NCBI RefSeq assembly: GCF_001194135.2
Contig: NC_068988.1
Coordinates: 62,472,722-62,511,438, forward strand
DNA length: 38,717 nucleotides
Direction of reading: 5' to 3'
Origin: Octopus bimaculoides
Taxonomy: Eukaryota
The notes under the pieces were generated by a model. It worked only from the letters and a program-made list of their open reading frames with translations, did no database searches and had not been told where the DNA came from. A program made the translations under genes and the position numbers. Of the stretch, positions 22,126 through 37,281 are shown in pieces; position 1 is the first letter of the stretch; each line of letters starts with the position of its first letter.

Positions 22126-22928
22126 GATATACATGCATACATATTTGTGCGTATGTGAGTGTGTGTGCGTGTACGTATTAAAATATACCTACGTCATGTT
22201 TCTAATTGTCATAACGTAGAATTATTATGTTTATTTTTTTATTCATCCATTATCCTCTGATATCACCAATAGTTGAATGACAACAATAAAAATTCTCTCT
22301 GTCTCAATTGGTTGTAATATGGAATTCTCATGTTTATTCTTATGTTTACCTTTTTTTTGTTATCCATCGTCGTCACCATTAGTTGAATACAGAAATGTCG
22401 TAGGCTGAATTCCTTCTAAACCTTCCTGTTTGTAGGCGTTCGCGTACTTGAAATATTTCATATGTTCACTTTGTACTATACTACTTTTGGATCGCCTTAG
22501 CAAGTGGAACCTCGGATGTATAAATATCCAAGCGAAGTGTATATCGCAGGCTCTCTTCAGTTAAGGGTATCTTGTTTAAATGAAGTATACGTTGTCATAA
22601 GGAGATACATGTAAACACACAGACGACTCGATACATAGCTCGGATATTATCTACTCCATTCCTTGACCTCTGTATTTTATACGCATACCTGGCAAAATTT
22701 GCGTGCCTACCATAAAATATAGAACATTCTATTCAGCTTAGCATACTTCGATACGGAAAAAATCAACATCCTTCTGCTTCAATAAATCACTATTGTTTCT
22801 GAACGTTGTTTTTTTATTTTTTATTTCCTATGGTTTGCTTGGAGCTATCCTTCTTCCTACACCACGATACTTGGATGTGACACACACACACAAACACACA
22901 CACATACATATATGTATATATATATATA

Positions 22929-23052
22929 CAGGGTGTCCACAAAGTCAGGGTACATGAGGATTAACACATACTTTAAGAAATTATTATTTCTTATATTTAA
23001 TTGTTTATGTTATGATTTTATTTACTGCATGTGCCCACACCTTGTTGACACC

Positions 23053-23055
<3 letters not shown>
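22929..23055. mobile_element. 127-bp Tc1/mariner-type MITE
   Basis: 28-bp imperfect TIRs CAGGGTGTCCACAAAGTCAGGGTACATG / CAGGGTGTCAACAAGGTGTGGGCACATG, TA on both sides, AT-rich interior. Confidence 0.85.
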
Positions 23056-23087
<32 letters not shown>

Positions 23088-23561
23088 GAAATATTCTAAA
23101 TTTCTCAAAATCCTTATAAATTATATTTCTATCTACTTGTCATACAAGAGGATTTACCTTAAATGTTTATTATATTTGCATTTTCTAGCGTCTGATTGTT
23201 GGATATTTTTAACCATATTGGTTTGAAACTGAATGGTTTATTGAAGGCTCTGTTTGTGCGGTGGCTGAGAGCATTTCTTATGAGTTTAGAATATCATTAA
23301 TTTTAACGAGTTATTTGCTATTAGTGAGTAGAATTATTTTTATTTGATTATTGAAATATCAATATGTATATTGGATCATTTATGCTAATTATTTTTATAT
23401 TTATAATATGCGTTGTTTCTAGTATTGCGGAGGCACATCGAAATTCATTTCACTTTGCTGAGGGGAGATTGGTTTCTGGTTATAATGGATTTTTAATCGT
23501 CCTTCTTTTTATTCGAAACACATGGATATGTATAAACATATGAGCATGTTTGTTTGTTTGC

Positions 23562-23564
<3 letters not shown>

Positions 23565-23656
<92 letters not shown>
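23565..23656. repeat. (TA)n(TG)n microsatellite
   Basis: Direct reading. Confidence 0.97.
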
Positions 23657-23659
<3 letters not shown>

Positions 23660-23889
23660 GGTGTGATGTACAGAAGTATATATACATACATATATGTGAT
23701 CTTTGTGTATTTGATTGATTTTTGAAAGGGAAAAATATATTTTAATATATTTATTAATTACAAAATAATAATTTTTAATAATGATTTGCCAAGTGCATAT
23801 CCATATTTGAATAGTAATAGTCATCAACATTTTAATATTGGATTTTAATTGGAAATATATTTTTGATATGCGTGATATATGATAGAAAA

Positions 23890-26095
23890 TATCGGACTCG
23901 ACTGTTCGGGACGAATGGTAGGATGACTAACAGGGCAGACTTCGATGTGTAACTGGACGGACTACCAAGACTCTCAGCGAGCGAGGTGGAGTGCTACGAA
24001 AGGGCGATAACAGTCGCAGTGATAGTCGATGAAGAGGTGCACGAGAAGTAGATCGCTGGGTTTGGATGGTCTGCCCTCCGAGCTTTATACTTCGATGCCA
24101 GACTTCTTTACGGGCCTCTTAGCAGACGTCTATTGCAACTGGCAGCAGAATGGGAGAATTCCCACTTTTTAATGTCGAGGGGCGGTGGCACTGCTGAGAA
24201 AGGACCCTAACAAAGGGGACGTTATAGAGAATTTCAGGCCCATTATTCTTCTCAATGCAGAGTTGAAGGTTTTGGCCAAGGTTCTAGCTAAGAGGTGGGC
24301 GCTTGTCGTAGACAAGCTGGTTGGCGAGGTGCAAACAAGCGCCATCCCATCCAGGACTATTCACGATAACCTCCATCTTCTGTGCTACATCATAGAGAGG
24401 GTGGGCAACGAAGCTGGTATGGGTGGGGCTCTGATCAATTTAGATCAATCTAAAGTCTTTGATAGGGTCGACCATAAATACTTGGCAGCTGTCCTCAAGG
24501 CAGCCGGTTTCGGTTCAGTTTTCCGCAGCTGGATCGTTGCTTTGTACAGTGGCATCTGCTCGGTTCGTCGGGTGAATGCTCACCTGTCGGAGCGATTCAG
24601 CATCTTGCGTTCTGTCCGTCAAGTGTGTCCCCTCTCCTCACTTTGTATGTCTTGACTCTTGAGCCATTACTGCGAAAACCGGAGGCTTTGAGCGGTGTTC
24701 TGCTTGATCTAAGATGTCGGAGAAGTGTGTCTGCTTGCGCTGATATTGTCACTGTCAGAGTGTCGAGCCACAGGCATATAGATCTGATTGGCGACACAAA
24801 AATATGAAGCGGTGACAGGAGCAAAAATGAACGTGGAAAAGTCATCTATTAACGCTTGACTGTCGTCCCTTGCCCCGTTTGCTGGTAGACCAAACTGGCG
24901 CGCATATCCTTCCGCTTTCTGTGGAAGGGGTGCGTCCCATTAGTCAGGCGCTCTATCAACTGTTAGCAGCAATTGAATGGAGGGTTGGGCATGCTGTGGT
25001 TATTTTATTGATGCGCAGAAATGCACTGAGGTTACAGCATCTCCAGCGTCTCCTTGACGGTGAGCAGGTTTGGTCACCGCTTGTCAGGCACACTTTTCCA
25101 CAGCTCGTCTCTCTGACAGAGCTGCAATCCTGGATTAGGCGTAGACCTACGAGGGGTGCTTGGAAGCTAGAGTACCATCAAGCGCTCTCAGCCCTCCACC
25201 AGGCGGTCAATGCTGTCGGTGGAACCTCCACTCTATCGTTTTATAGAGGGCTAGTGGAGGGAAAATGTGACAATGTTCTTGGGGAAACTCCGGGAGTCGA
25301 TGAAGATCAACTAACGGGTGTGTTTCGGAGAACTTTCGTGCTTGGGCATATGGATAACTCACAGAAATCCCTTGCTTAGTAGTGCTACCGAAGCGCGCTG
25401 CCTGTTCGGGATAAACAGACAAGGAAGTGCCGTCAGCCGGTCCTGCTCGAGGTGCGCTAGGAACGATGAAACCGTTCTGCACGTCCTAGTCCATTCCCTG
25501 AGTATTGCGGATCTGTGAGTTTATGTCGAACACCTACTGTCGCGTGTAGGACGGATCCAGTTATCAGCTGAATCCATTGTGAAGATTGCCCCGCCGCCCT
25601 CTTTTGGCTGGGTTGATGCAGGTAATTTTTATTTGTCTAGTAGCTGTAGTGAAAGTGGTAGTGTGGTGGACCTGTCTGAAAGGGCTAAAGACAGACACTT
25701 TCCTGTTTGGCCAAACCCTCATCAACTTTTTCAATTTTCACTTGAAAAGGAAGTTGAGGGTTGAGAGGGAAGTGTTGTCTTCTAGCAAGATTGTTGAAAG
25801 GTGGGTGAAAATTAGAAGAATGGCAACTCTGAATGGACCAATTCTGAGCGTGCATCTGTAAAAAAAAAATGGGAATTAAAAGAAAAGGGCTCTTACCCTG
25901 TTGGTCAGGGATTTTGTGGTTTTTTTCATGAGGACGTTAAAGCGCCTTCCCTATTGAGAGTTTTAATTTGTTTAACTTTGCTATTTATATTGTTTACATG
26001 TTGTAAAACCCATTGTATCGCCCCGTTTTTGTCTTTTATGTTGTTGCATGTCATTTAATGTTATTTTATGTGGGCTCTTGTGGCTAAGAAAAGAA
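23890..26095 (+). mobile_element. 5'-truncated, decayed Tx1/L1-clade non-LTR retrotransposon
   Basis: LLRKDPNKGDVIENFRPIILLNAELKVLAKVLA, INLDQSKVFDRVDH, RSVRQVCPLS, ADIVTV, YEAVTGAKMNVEKS and a C-terminal CxRC...ETVLHVLVH relic. Stops, frameshifts and an apparent internal deletion near 24850. Confidence 0.9.
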
Positions 26096-26837
26096 TAAAT
26101 TATTGCTGCTTTTGTTGTTGTTGTTTCAGTTGCATATTCCTACAACAATCTTAATTAGTATGATTGATACATCGAATCTTCTTACATGTAGTTGGAATTT
26201 TGTAGATCAGAATATTTTCAGTTGAATAAATATGTACGATAGTACAACATTTTAAATTTCTTATTTCTTGCAGTTAAATTCACATCTCGTGTTTACGTCA
26301 ATAAGGTGGTGTGAAACGGAAAAAACAAGCAAAAAATAATAAATAAAAGGAAAAATTACAATTCGAACTAAAGTACAACTCATTGTTTTATGTGATATTG
26401 TATTCCTGTTGCTTAAAAAATATACTTCGTTAACTCACTAAAAATCCTTTGGCAAATTTCATAATGAACGCTATTGCTGGGATACAATAAAATCCAAATT
26501 GAGTGGCCTTTGGGAAGATGGAAAATAATGTAATTGATTAACCGACTAGCTGTCTTACTTTACAGTATATGAAACATATTTTTATGAAATATTTTACAAC
26601 GTAATACTGTAGAATAGATATTTTCTTTTCCTATATATTAGGTTTTAATTTCAACTAGTTTCATTATGTACTGGACCTCACATAAACAACCAAATCTAGA
26701 GAATGTGGGAGACAGTGAGAGAGAGCGTGTGAGAAAGATTGAATGATAAAGGAAAAAGAGAATCAGAAAGGAAGAGGAGTGTGTGAGAGAGACAGACAGA
26801 CAGAAATACATACAGAAAGAGAGACACACATTCAGAG

Positions 26838-26850
26838 TGTGTGTGTGTGT

Positions 26851-26930
<80 letters not shown>
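26838..26930. repeat. (GT)n(GA)n microsatellite
   Basis: Direct reading. Confidence 0.97.
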
Positions 26931-26932
<2 letters not shown>

Positions 26933-27285
26933 TACAGACAAATGGCATATAGTACATTAAAAAGGAAAACATTAAAAAAATAATTGTACTCTTACCAGAA
27001 CTTGCTTCGTAAAAGCACAGCTAGAGCTGTGATTGTGTATGTGAATATGTATATATATTACATGTGTCTGTGTTTGTGCGTGTTTTATGTCAGTGTGTGT
27101 GTGTTTCCGTGTGTATGTGTGTGAGTATTTGTGTGAGCGTATGTGTGGTGTGTGTTGTGTGTCTCTGTGTGCTCACATAAAATACACTTGCGCTAGAAAT
27201 ATGTACAGAAAGGAAAAACAACATACGCACAAATACACATGCATTTATATGAGGTAATATTTAATTCTATGCATGCATACCTATT

Positions 27286-27332
<47 letters not shown>

Positions 27333-29225
27333 TATGTACGGGCATGTTATTTTGTATGTATATATGTATATATTCAATTGTGTGCGTTTCGAAAACTATT
27401 TGATATTACCTATGTCAACATCTGCAGTTTTTTTTACAGAATATCATGACGTAAATGCTGCTACATATGTTTAAAATCGTGCGTCATAATATTATAAACT
27501 ATTGTATTTTTTTTATCGGATACTTCATTAATAATTTCAAATATTGAGATGTAGTCAAGCTGCGTCAAAGGCACGCAGTCTATCATATCAACTCAATTGC
27601 GACAGCAAGTTTAAGACGTTACTCTGGAATTTGATGAGTAAAATTTATTGCTCTGTTTTGCAAATCCAGAGATGAGGCAGAGGCTCCTTATTTATCAGAC
27701 ATTCATATAATAAAAAATTGTTTGTTTAGGGTCTGAGTGTGTTTAGTGTCAGTGCAGTCAAAAGAAGACTTCTTAATAACGGTTTAGTGAACTAATTTCA
27801 TTATAATTCTAACACCTTACATATTCACCTATATTATACTGATGAATAGGCCATAAAAATTGTGACCACAATTTGGCCTTGGAGAACGTGAAAACAGTCT
27901 TCTGTGGTTATTTGAAAACAAAACTTTCTTGACGTCGCAATTTGTGTACAACATTCACTGAAAAATAAATGCCTAAAGCAGCAATAACCAGCTTCAGTAA
28001 GTACTGAAATCATTGATTATAGCATGTATGACATGATTTTATATCACTAAGCCACTGTTTGACTTAAACTTTGCAATGTAATATATAAAATACATGATTT
28101 ACTTTTAACATCGACGAGGGGAGGAAGATTTCAACGATCCTTATAAATTGTAGTGTTTGTTCACATAAAATTTTGTTTGATTGTATGAATATTGAAGTAG
28201 AAGCATGTCATGGGAATCCGCAATAAAATTTTATCACTTTATACAAGATAAATAATGGAACATTTTATAAACTAAGCCACCACAAATACCATCTTTAGAA
28301 CTTATAATCTTTAATATGCCTAATCAAAATTTACGAAAAAACATAATATAAATAACATCGGCTTAAGTTAGTAGTTACTTAGGGTGCTATACACCGACTA
28401 AAGATATCTAAGTACTACTATCAGAAACTTTCATTTTATAATCGATTACACTATGTATGAAAATATCTCCCCACTATAAGACAGAAATACAAGTAAATCG
28501 AATGGATTATTTTACATCAAATCAATTTCATTTGCGTACTAAAATATTTATAGTGTTCGCGAAATTATGGGAAACTTCCAGATAAATTACAACTAAACAG
28601 GATTTTAAAATCACCCATTAGCTATTTTATCAAAGAACGTATTGAAGTAATAGCAGGCACTTTGCATGAATATAAAACACAGTTGGTAGCATTAAAACAA
28701 GGCATTTATCATATGAATAGTCTCGGAGGACGCGACATATGACGTGTACGTTAAGTGAATCGATTTCGATTGGCGAAAGAATAAACCTCTGGACTGCACA
28801 GCTAATGGCTACAAATTAATGACTACAAATTTTGAAATATATGACTGCCTCCTCCATTCACTTTACTTCATTTTCATTTAATCCTAAGTGTAATGCAACA
28901 TTTACATATATATTGATAGCTCTTTCTCTCCTTCTCTCCTTCACATGTGTGTACGTGTGTGTGTACGTGCGTCTAGGTGTGTGCTCAGGCAAGCAAACAC
29001 ATAAAAAAAACACATACTGACATACACATATATGTCGACATATTAGCATACAATGAATATATATAAATAATATAAATATAGAGTGATAATCAAATTGGGT
29101 GTCTTCTCAGAGTAGAATGACACCACCAGCAAATGCTCACAAAAGTTTTTATATTGTTTTACCATATACATACATACATACATACATACATACATGCACA
29201 CATACATACATATATATATATACAT

Positions 29226-29332
29226 NNNNNNNNNNNNNNNNNNNNNNNNNNNNNNNNNNNNNNNNNNNNNNNNNNNNNNNNNNNNNNNNNNNNNNNNNNN
29301 NNNNNNNNNNNNNNNNNNNNNNNNNNNNNNNN
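29226..29332. other. Assembly gap (N run)
   Basis: Run of n. Confidence 1.
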
Positions 29333-32300
29333 TATATATATATATATATATATATGAATGTATGAGAAAACTTTAGGTGAGTTAAAGTATGTTTGTGACA
29401 TTTTTGAAAGCAAATTCACTGCAGTTACTGTGAAGAAAAATAACTTAAAAGCTGTTAAAAGCTGTATAAATGCCATATCTATCTAGTGCTGCACTCTTTC
29501 GGATTCTTAGATGTATTTCTAGATCAAAAGCCGTTATCAGTGGGAAATACTGAAGAGGAGTAACTCTGAGCAGATTTTAAAGCCATTGTTTAAACTAAAA
29601 CCACTAGCATTTGAAATATGTCCCAGACATACTTTACCTCACCAAATATGTAGCACAAATATTTTAACTCACCTATATGTTGATCAGGATTAAACAATGC
29701 TTGGTGCTAATATTTCACATTGATAACGGCTACAAGGTTAGAAACGCGTCTGGGAATCCAATAAGTGGGCAACACTAGACGAATATGAATATTATAAGTG
29801 TCATTTTTTCCCCACGGTAATTGCAGTGAACTTGCCTTTAAAATTTGAAATATGTCACAAACATATTTTAACTAACCTAAAGTTCGCGTATGTTTCAAAA
29901 CTGCTTGATACTGATACTGTTGAATTGCCACCGACCTGGTCTGTACTCTGAATATGTTATTATCCCTGCCACACTAATGTTCTATATATGCTCTGATTTA
30001 AATGCTACAGGACTTGCTTTATTCCACAGGCAGACAGGTTGCAACCGTTTTCCAATTAGATGATGACAATACCGTTTACCTAGTACTTCCACACATAAAA
30101 ACGATGTTTGACTTATTTGCAAACACTTTCGCCACATATAAATTGAAATCGTATATGCACACGCACAATATTTCCATATATTTGCGTGCGTAAGTGTGTG
30201 TATAGCTTTGTGCATGTGACATTCAAGCGTTATTATAAGAACCTCCATTAATTTAAATGAAAACACCATGTCCCTGCAACCATCTAAATTGATACATCCA
30301 TTATTAATTCGTCTCTATGTCTCTAGAATGTTTATTTACCATGACCCTTCACTATAAAATTAGCCCGATGATTCGGGAGTGTATCGTCAATCATAAGGAA
30401 TTTATTTATCATTCATTTATTTATTTATGTAATTATTTATTTATCATTTCCTGACTAATGATTCTTCTCATCTCTCAAGTTGCATAAAATTAAGCAGTAC
30501 ATCAATCAAACGCATACAGTGGCTTTGATAAACCAATGGCTGTCTACGGTGGGAAGTAATCAAAGGCAAAAGGAAGATTTGAAGACCTCTTGTGATGGTC
30601 TGCATCGAAATGTATAAAATATACATTGTTCACTGAGTGAATCGTTATACTGCCAGGAAACTATTCACCGGTTTTCAATGACAATGGGTAATGCCTGAAG
30701 AGTTAGCAAACTTTCTGTTCTTAAAGCAAAATATTTTATCTGATCTCGTGAAATACGTTCGTATCATTTTTCCTAGTTTCAATTCATCTACAATGCTAAA
30801 GAACTATGATTCATAGTCTGATTGACATAAACACAATTCAAAAGCACAATTAAACAGAAAATATAGGAATTGTATTATCTAGTTTATATCATGTTGTTGG
30901 GTGCAAAAATCAGAATATAAACAGAAAAGTTGATTTTCTTTTTCTACCTGTTGAATCAGAGAAAGGAGCAGTGCCTATGGTTCTTTTGGGGTTTTTTTTT
31001 TGTCATTACAGAGCCTCTGAAACGAGTGTGCAATACTTAAAAAGAATATTTAAATATGGTTTAAATCCAGAGATCAATCGTTTTGTAATGTGAAGATTGG
31101 GCGTACTGATTAGAGTGCGGCAGCGGTTTTTATTTAACAAAGGTATTGAAAGGAGACAAAATAATCAGGACGAGAATACCCGAGTGAAGGCGTCATGAAC
31201 CCAACCAGCTCTGAGGGACAATAACAATATATTAGTATTAGAAACAGTAGCGAGAACAGACAAGATGCTTGTAGCCAGAGACTGGAGAGTTGACTCTAAG
31301 CGACAAATAAAAATTAATAAATGCAAGTCTTCCTACAATATTAGTGAACATTTTTGACTCCGATCTTTTTTATTGATCAAAAGGAGAAATAGCATTTGCG
31401 TCCATATAATACACTTTCTTCTGTATAATGTTTGGAAATCTCAAACAATTTAAATTCAATTTAATTTAATTAACGTTTTAATTTTTTCGGTTCCCTTTCA
31501 ATCAACATACACCTCAGATGTGTCTTCTTATGAGAAACGGCGACCGTCGGTACAGTCAGTTAAAATGATATATGACAGATATTTATGTTTATTTACTTTC
31601 TGTGTTTAGAACTCGCGGACTCAGTTCATTCTTTTCATTATTCTGCGGTCGATAAAAAAGAAAAAAAAGGCTACTATTTTGTTAGATATAATATATAAGC
31701 CTCCTGAGCAATGTATGATATAGTACCTATGTTTAGAACTCATTACTGTGAGAAGATGAAATTATGTTCTGATAATATTTTGTTTAGTCAACCCCAGAAT
31801 GGTCATCTAACGAACAATGTTTGTGTCTACTAAACGTTATCTCTTGTTGCTAGTAAAAGCTTTCATCGTTGGAAACATCTTTTAATCAGTCCTGTGAACT
31901 GAACTCTACACTTTTATTAATTCGTATTATTCTTAAATTCATATTTCTTTCATGAATCTGAAAGCCATGAAAAAGAAAGACATTCTTCAAAGAGAGATAA
32001 GCTGATATTTCAGTGTAAAACATCTGACACATCCTGACCGAAGCAACAGACAAGTCGATACTATAAGAATAATGCATTCACACGATGAAATATTCTAGAC
32101 ATTTCACACAACTGGTGTGTTGTCTTGCTAAATATATTACTTATTTACATCAGACAGCATATATCTTTATTTCCTATATTTGGCCAGTCGAAATTATTTG
32201 ATTTTAGTGTTAGACCCTACAAATTTCTATGATATATTGAAATGAGACACACACAGATGTTTGGCAATACTCAGAAACACATATTTATTTCCACACACAT

Positions 32301-33882
32301 AGATATATGCATATACATATATACATACACTCTCACACACAAAGAAATATATATAGACATAAACACATACGCATATATAGATATATATGCATGCATGTGA
32401 GTATGTATGTAAGTATGTATGCACATTACTCTGCCGAATGTACAAATACATTATGCTACGCATCACCGTTCTACATTGTTCTCATTCTACACAGTTATAT
32501 GTGTGCGTGGCTGAATGAGTGCGATGTATTGTGTGCGTGTGTATAAATCAATGCATAATTTGTATGAGTTCGTTGATATATCATGAGGAGATTATTATTG
32601 GAAAACCTTCTGGAGGGAAAAAAAAAAGTAACAATAGTAAGGAGGGCAATCAATTATGTCAGACAGTTTCATTAATCACAATCGTCTCCCCTTTTTCTCT
32701 CTGTCGATTCCATTAATATTTTATAAATCCACAGAACGCTGGACTGAATGGATGTTACAAAGATTGATACACGAAGATGTAAAATGTCTGCCAAATTCCT
32801 TAGCCATACTTCACATGCTCTTCTGACCCCAATTCATCATTGTAATAATTTCTAAGCTACTAAACTGTAACATTTCTAACTCCTATACAATTTAAATGTA
32901 TCAATAAATATTTGCACACATCCATGTTATTTATATGCAAGTTCAAGCAACAAAAATCTCCTTGCAATGCTATGCCGACACTTACCGATGCCATTTCATC
33001 CGGTTTGTGCCCGGATTCACTAAAACTTTACGTCAGCCAATTATTGGCAACATCAACGAAAAAAATATATCTAATGATTATTCCTTATCAGCGGAAGCTG
33101 ATGTAGACAGGGCTTTAAAATATTTATCTCTTCATGTTTATACAATGAACGTTTATTTATCAATGAAACCTGTCAATTTATCATTAATATTTCCCTATTT
33201 GTTTTTGATATATGCATAGAAAAAAAATGCACACACACAAACAGACGAAAACAATTGTATTTCAGATAAGATATATGTAAATGCATACAGGCATACTTAC
33301 ACACGCACGCATACGTAAATATATATAATCAAGCAGATATGGATATGTGTGTATGCTTATGCAGTGATCTGAAGGGAATTAACAAAAGAAAGCAGAGCAA
33401 TCAAGAAATGAAGGTCATGTGATCATGAGCATTTAAAATGTCATATACACCAACGACAGGAATCACGGTGAGGCGTGTCACGTGGATAGAATACCGTAAG
33501 TATTTAATGTTGTATTGAAAGTAGGGTTAGAAAAAGCAAATATAGTGTGAAATAAAGTTCTACTTCCACACTCTAGAAATTGTTTGTAACTACAAATCAA
33601 ACGAAGAATACGTAATGAGTACTAGTCATATATCACGTATAATAATGTCGAATGCATGCGAATATATTTTCAGAATATACAGGCATAAGGATATGCATAT
33701 AGGAACGCACACACACACACACACAAACACAACCACACACACACCCACACACCCACACACACACACACATATATATATACACATAGACACAAGCATACAC
33801 ACACACACATATGTGTGTAGACAATATATATATAAATATATATATGTATGTGTGTGTAGGTATATATATAAAGATATATATA

Positions 33883-33923
33883 NNNNNNNNNNNNNNNNNN
33901 NNNNNNNNNNNNNNNNNNNNNNN
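33883..33923. other. Assembly gap (N run)
   Basis: Run of n. Confidence 1.
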
Positions 33924-33959
<36 letters not shown>

Positions 33960-34883
33960 AACAAAGCACATTCACAAATACGCACATACTTACGCACTTC
34001 CACAAACACATGCGTTCATATATATGCAGATGTACTACCAATAGAGACATACAGACATTCATACACAGACACAATACGCATACACATATATACATGCAAT
34101 GTGTTTTTGTGTGCTATTATTAAATCCATGCGCTGAGAACAAGTCAAAGAGTATTTCTTAACATGTCTGGTGTCCTAGCACAATCATCAGACACTGTCCA
34201 CATGGTATCTAACGTATATAGAAGATTTACAGGGCTAACTTACCGTTTTCGCCATAAACTGAAAACAACTATGGTGAACAAATTTAATTTATATTTGCAT
34301 CTTATAGGATTTTCACGAAAATGGACCAAAATCAATTTGACGAAACTCAGAGAATAATGCATCCAATCTGTTTATTTACTCATCAAGTACAGTGGAAAAG
34401 AAAAACACAAGAGCTAACAACGTAGTAGATGGTGAAACGAAACTATGGACTCTGCTTGAAATCGGTCGCTTGATGCCGACGTCAGCATCATGTAAAATGC
34501 TAAATGAGATCGGAAGCACCAATATTAAATTGATGAGATTTCTACAGTTATAACATCCGGGACTTTAGATTTCTAAAAAGGATTATTGCAAAAATCGGTT
34601 ATGTATTTTAGAAGCGAAGAATCTCAAATACAGGACATCGGAATTTAGCCCATGGTTTCACCTGTTAATACTTACATCAGTAAATATCTGCAGGATCATC
34701 AGCATAGTCTGTCTATTTATAAAATATAATTTCCAGAACTAGACACAGAACGTTCACCCGAAAGGGAGCACGTATACAGTTCTACAAATTACATTCAGTG
34801 TATCCTTTCAAATGTCTTCAATCTAGCGTAGGCTAACCGTTTTCTTTAGTATTTTTTCATTTGTCTTGCCCTTTTACAGTCTG

Positions 34884-34943
<60 letters not shown>

Positions 34944-35499
34944 GCAGGGAGTGAGAGAGAGGGGGAGGGAGATAGTGAGAGAGACACAGTGGAGACTTTC
35001 AAGATATATTAAGATATATTTCAAATTATATTATTTGATAATTTCATTTGCTAGGAAACGAATTTTATCCCCTGTTTGACAGTATCCTCGGTGCATTGTT
35101 GTAAATTCGTATCTGTTGCACACTGTTCATTATGGGAACATATACACTATGGATCACTTACATCTTCAGTAGCTAGGAGTGCCGGTTAAAACGAATACTA
35201 TTATCTGAAGAAATTTGCGTCTCGTGTTATTTTACCTGAATATCAATCGAATTATTCAGAAGCAAATCTGATAAATATTGGCATATGTGTTCAGAAATGA
35301 AACTGGTTCATTATACTATAGCTTACTAATAAAATGTTATAGCTTACTAATAAATGAAAGTTTATTCTGTTTATTTGGTACATATATATGACCATCAAGC
35401 AATGAAACTATTGGATTTGTTAATTAGATGCTTCATTTCCAAATCATTTTTATAATCTCATTAAATTTACTATACAATAGTTGCAGTCATATCGTTATA

Positions 35500-35850
35500 A
35501 CTGTGTGGTTAAGGAGCATGCTTTCCAACCATAAGGCTTCGGATTCTATCCCACCTAGCAGGAACTAGAGCAAGGGGTTATACCATACTTCTGAGCCGCC
35601 TAATGTTTTCTGAGTAAATGTTCTAGAATGCTTCCATGAAAGCCCACATGCACACGCGCGTACGCACACGCTCACACATAGGTACACACGCACGGGTTCG
35701 CACACACGCATGTGTCTGTGTGTGAGTGTGTGGGGGTGTCATTGTGCTTGTGCTTTCCCAACACTATCGCTTGTCAGCTGGCTCTGAATTGCTTACAGTC
35801 ACGTAAAGTAGCGGTTCGATATAAGTGATCGACATATAAGTAACTGTCTT
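35500..35850 (+). mobile_element. Strongly decayed family B SINE
   Basis: TGTGTGGTTAAGGAGCATGCTTTCCAACCAT head relic, internal CA/GT microsatellite and ATCGCTTGTCAGC...TAGCGGTTCG tail relic, collinear with 37501-37870. Confidence 0.6.
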
Positions 35851-37281
35851 AGAAAAAGAAAGAAGTACCCAAATCGATTTGCTTGATTTAACCTTCAAGC
35901 TTGTGCCGCTAGATGACCACAATCCAATGACTGAAGCGATGAAAATCAAAAAAGACATCCATTTTAAAAGCGTCACATTTTGGAATCGAAAGTTTCGGAT
36001 GAGGAATCTCAAATCAAATCTTGATTCCTGTTCAATCTTATTGCATTGTATTTTGATTGAAATTAACAGTATTACAGACACTAACCTAATAGAATGAGAT
36101 GGGTTCTATCTCACTAGCTAGAATGGCATTAACTTATTATTTGACTTGTGAGAAAGACATCACGTTTTACAAGATGGTTGAAAAGCTATATATTAATGGT
36201 AGTTATTTATCAATCATTTCATATCGACATTTTTTATCAGTGAATTTCAGTCAATCTGCTTGTTATGTGAAATCATTGAGATACAAAATATCGGGGATGA
36301 AAAACATCAATGACCGTGACCGGATATGAAGTTTTCTCTGATAGCTTGCTACCTTATCGACAAGTCCAGCATTAGTTTTGTATGTTTGGCATTAATGATA
36401 TTGCCATAAGAATGTATTGATTATTAAATGAATTCCTCTCGTCTTTTAATCAGTTAAATGGAAAATTAAATGATATTCCAGCTCGGCTTGCAGTTACGTG
36501 CCCTATAGTTACGGTAGAATTTAATTTTATTACTAGGAAATTTTCTATATTTCTGAAGTAAATAACTTGCTCACGTCAAAATCATAATAATGAATATTTG
36601 TTTTTGCTTCTATTCTTCGTTTTTTGCTTCTCTGGAAGAGATAAAATAAAGCCATTAGTATACTTAACAAATTACTTTAATAGCTGTTGGTCATTAAGGG
36701 ACAATAATAATTATTAGAAAATATAACCCTCATAAATATTTGTTTTCCATTATAATTCACAGCCGAAAGCTACCATCATTATACTTTGTAATTTTGTAAG
36801 AGTATAATATTCTATTAGATATAAGATAATTTGTGAGTGGATAATACATTTTACCATGCTTTTTCTACTTTATCTTATTCAAGAAAAGTAGTTATTTTGC
36901 ACGCTGCTGTGTCCGAGTGGTTAAAAGTTTTAATATGTCATTAACTGTTTCTATTCTCAATATACAGAACCAATTAAGAGGGCAGTGAGATCAAAGGAGA
37001 ACAAGCGATTTTAATAAATATATAGTCGTACTACCTGCTTGAAGTCATACAACCCAGTTGTCCAAAACATCGCGACGTACAGAATAAAAAAAAACAGCAT
37101 TATAAAGTCTCAGTTAATTATGTCACAGCGTTTTCGGTTGAAATAGGTTTCATAATCGCTACACTTAATCGGAATTCAATATGACTGGAACCACAAAACA
37201 ATCCAATATATGTGAAAGCCAACAAAAACCAAACAGTCCTTTGTTAATCTGCTTGCTTCATCGTTTTCCTTTTCGTTGAAG

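Noticed and set aside
27839-27895. CTGATGA followed by a hairpin (AGGCC...AAATTGTG-AC-CACAATTT-GGCCT) and a later GAAA
   Set aside because: GAAA is not adjacent to the stem and no stem I or III can be formed, so this is not a hammerhead.
35162-35204. 43-nt minus-strand segment with strong splice sites
   Set aside because: All three frames contain stops. It shows that such sites occur by chance, though a UTR exon cannot be excluded.
35879-36097. 72-aa ORF and antiparallel 105-aa ORF
   Set aside because: No recognisable motif or convincing splice sites, and it abuts a decayed SINE.
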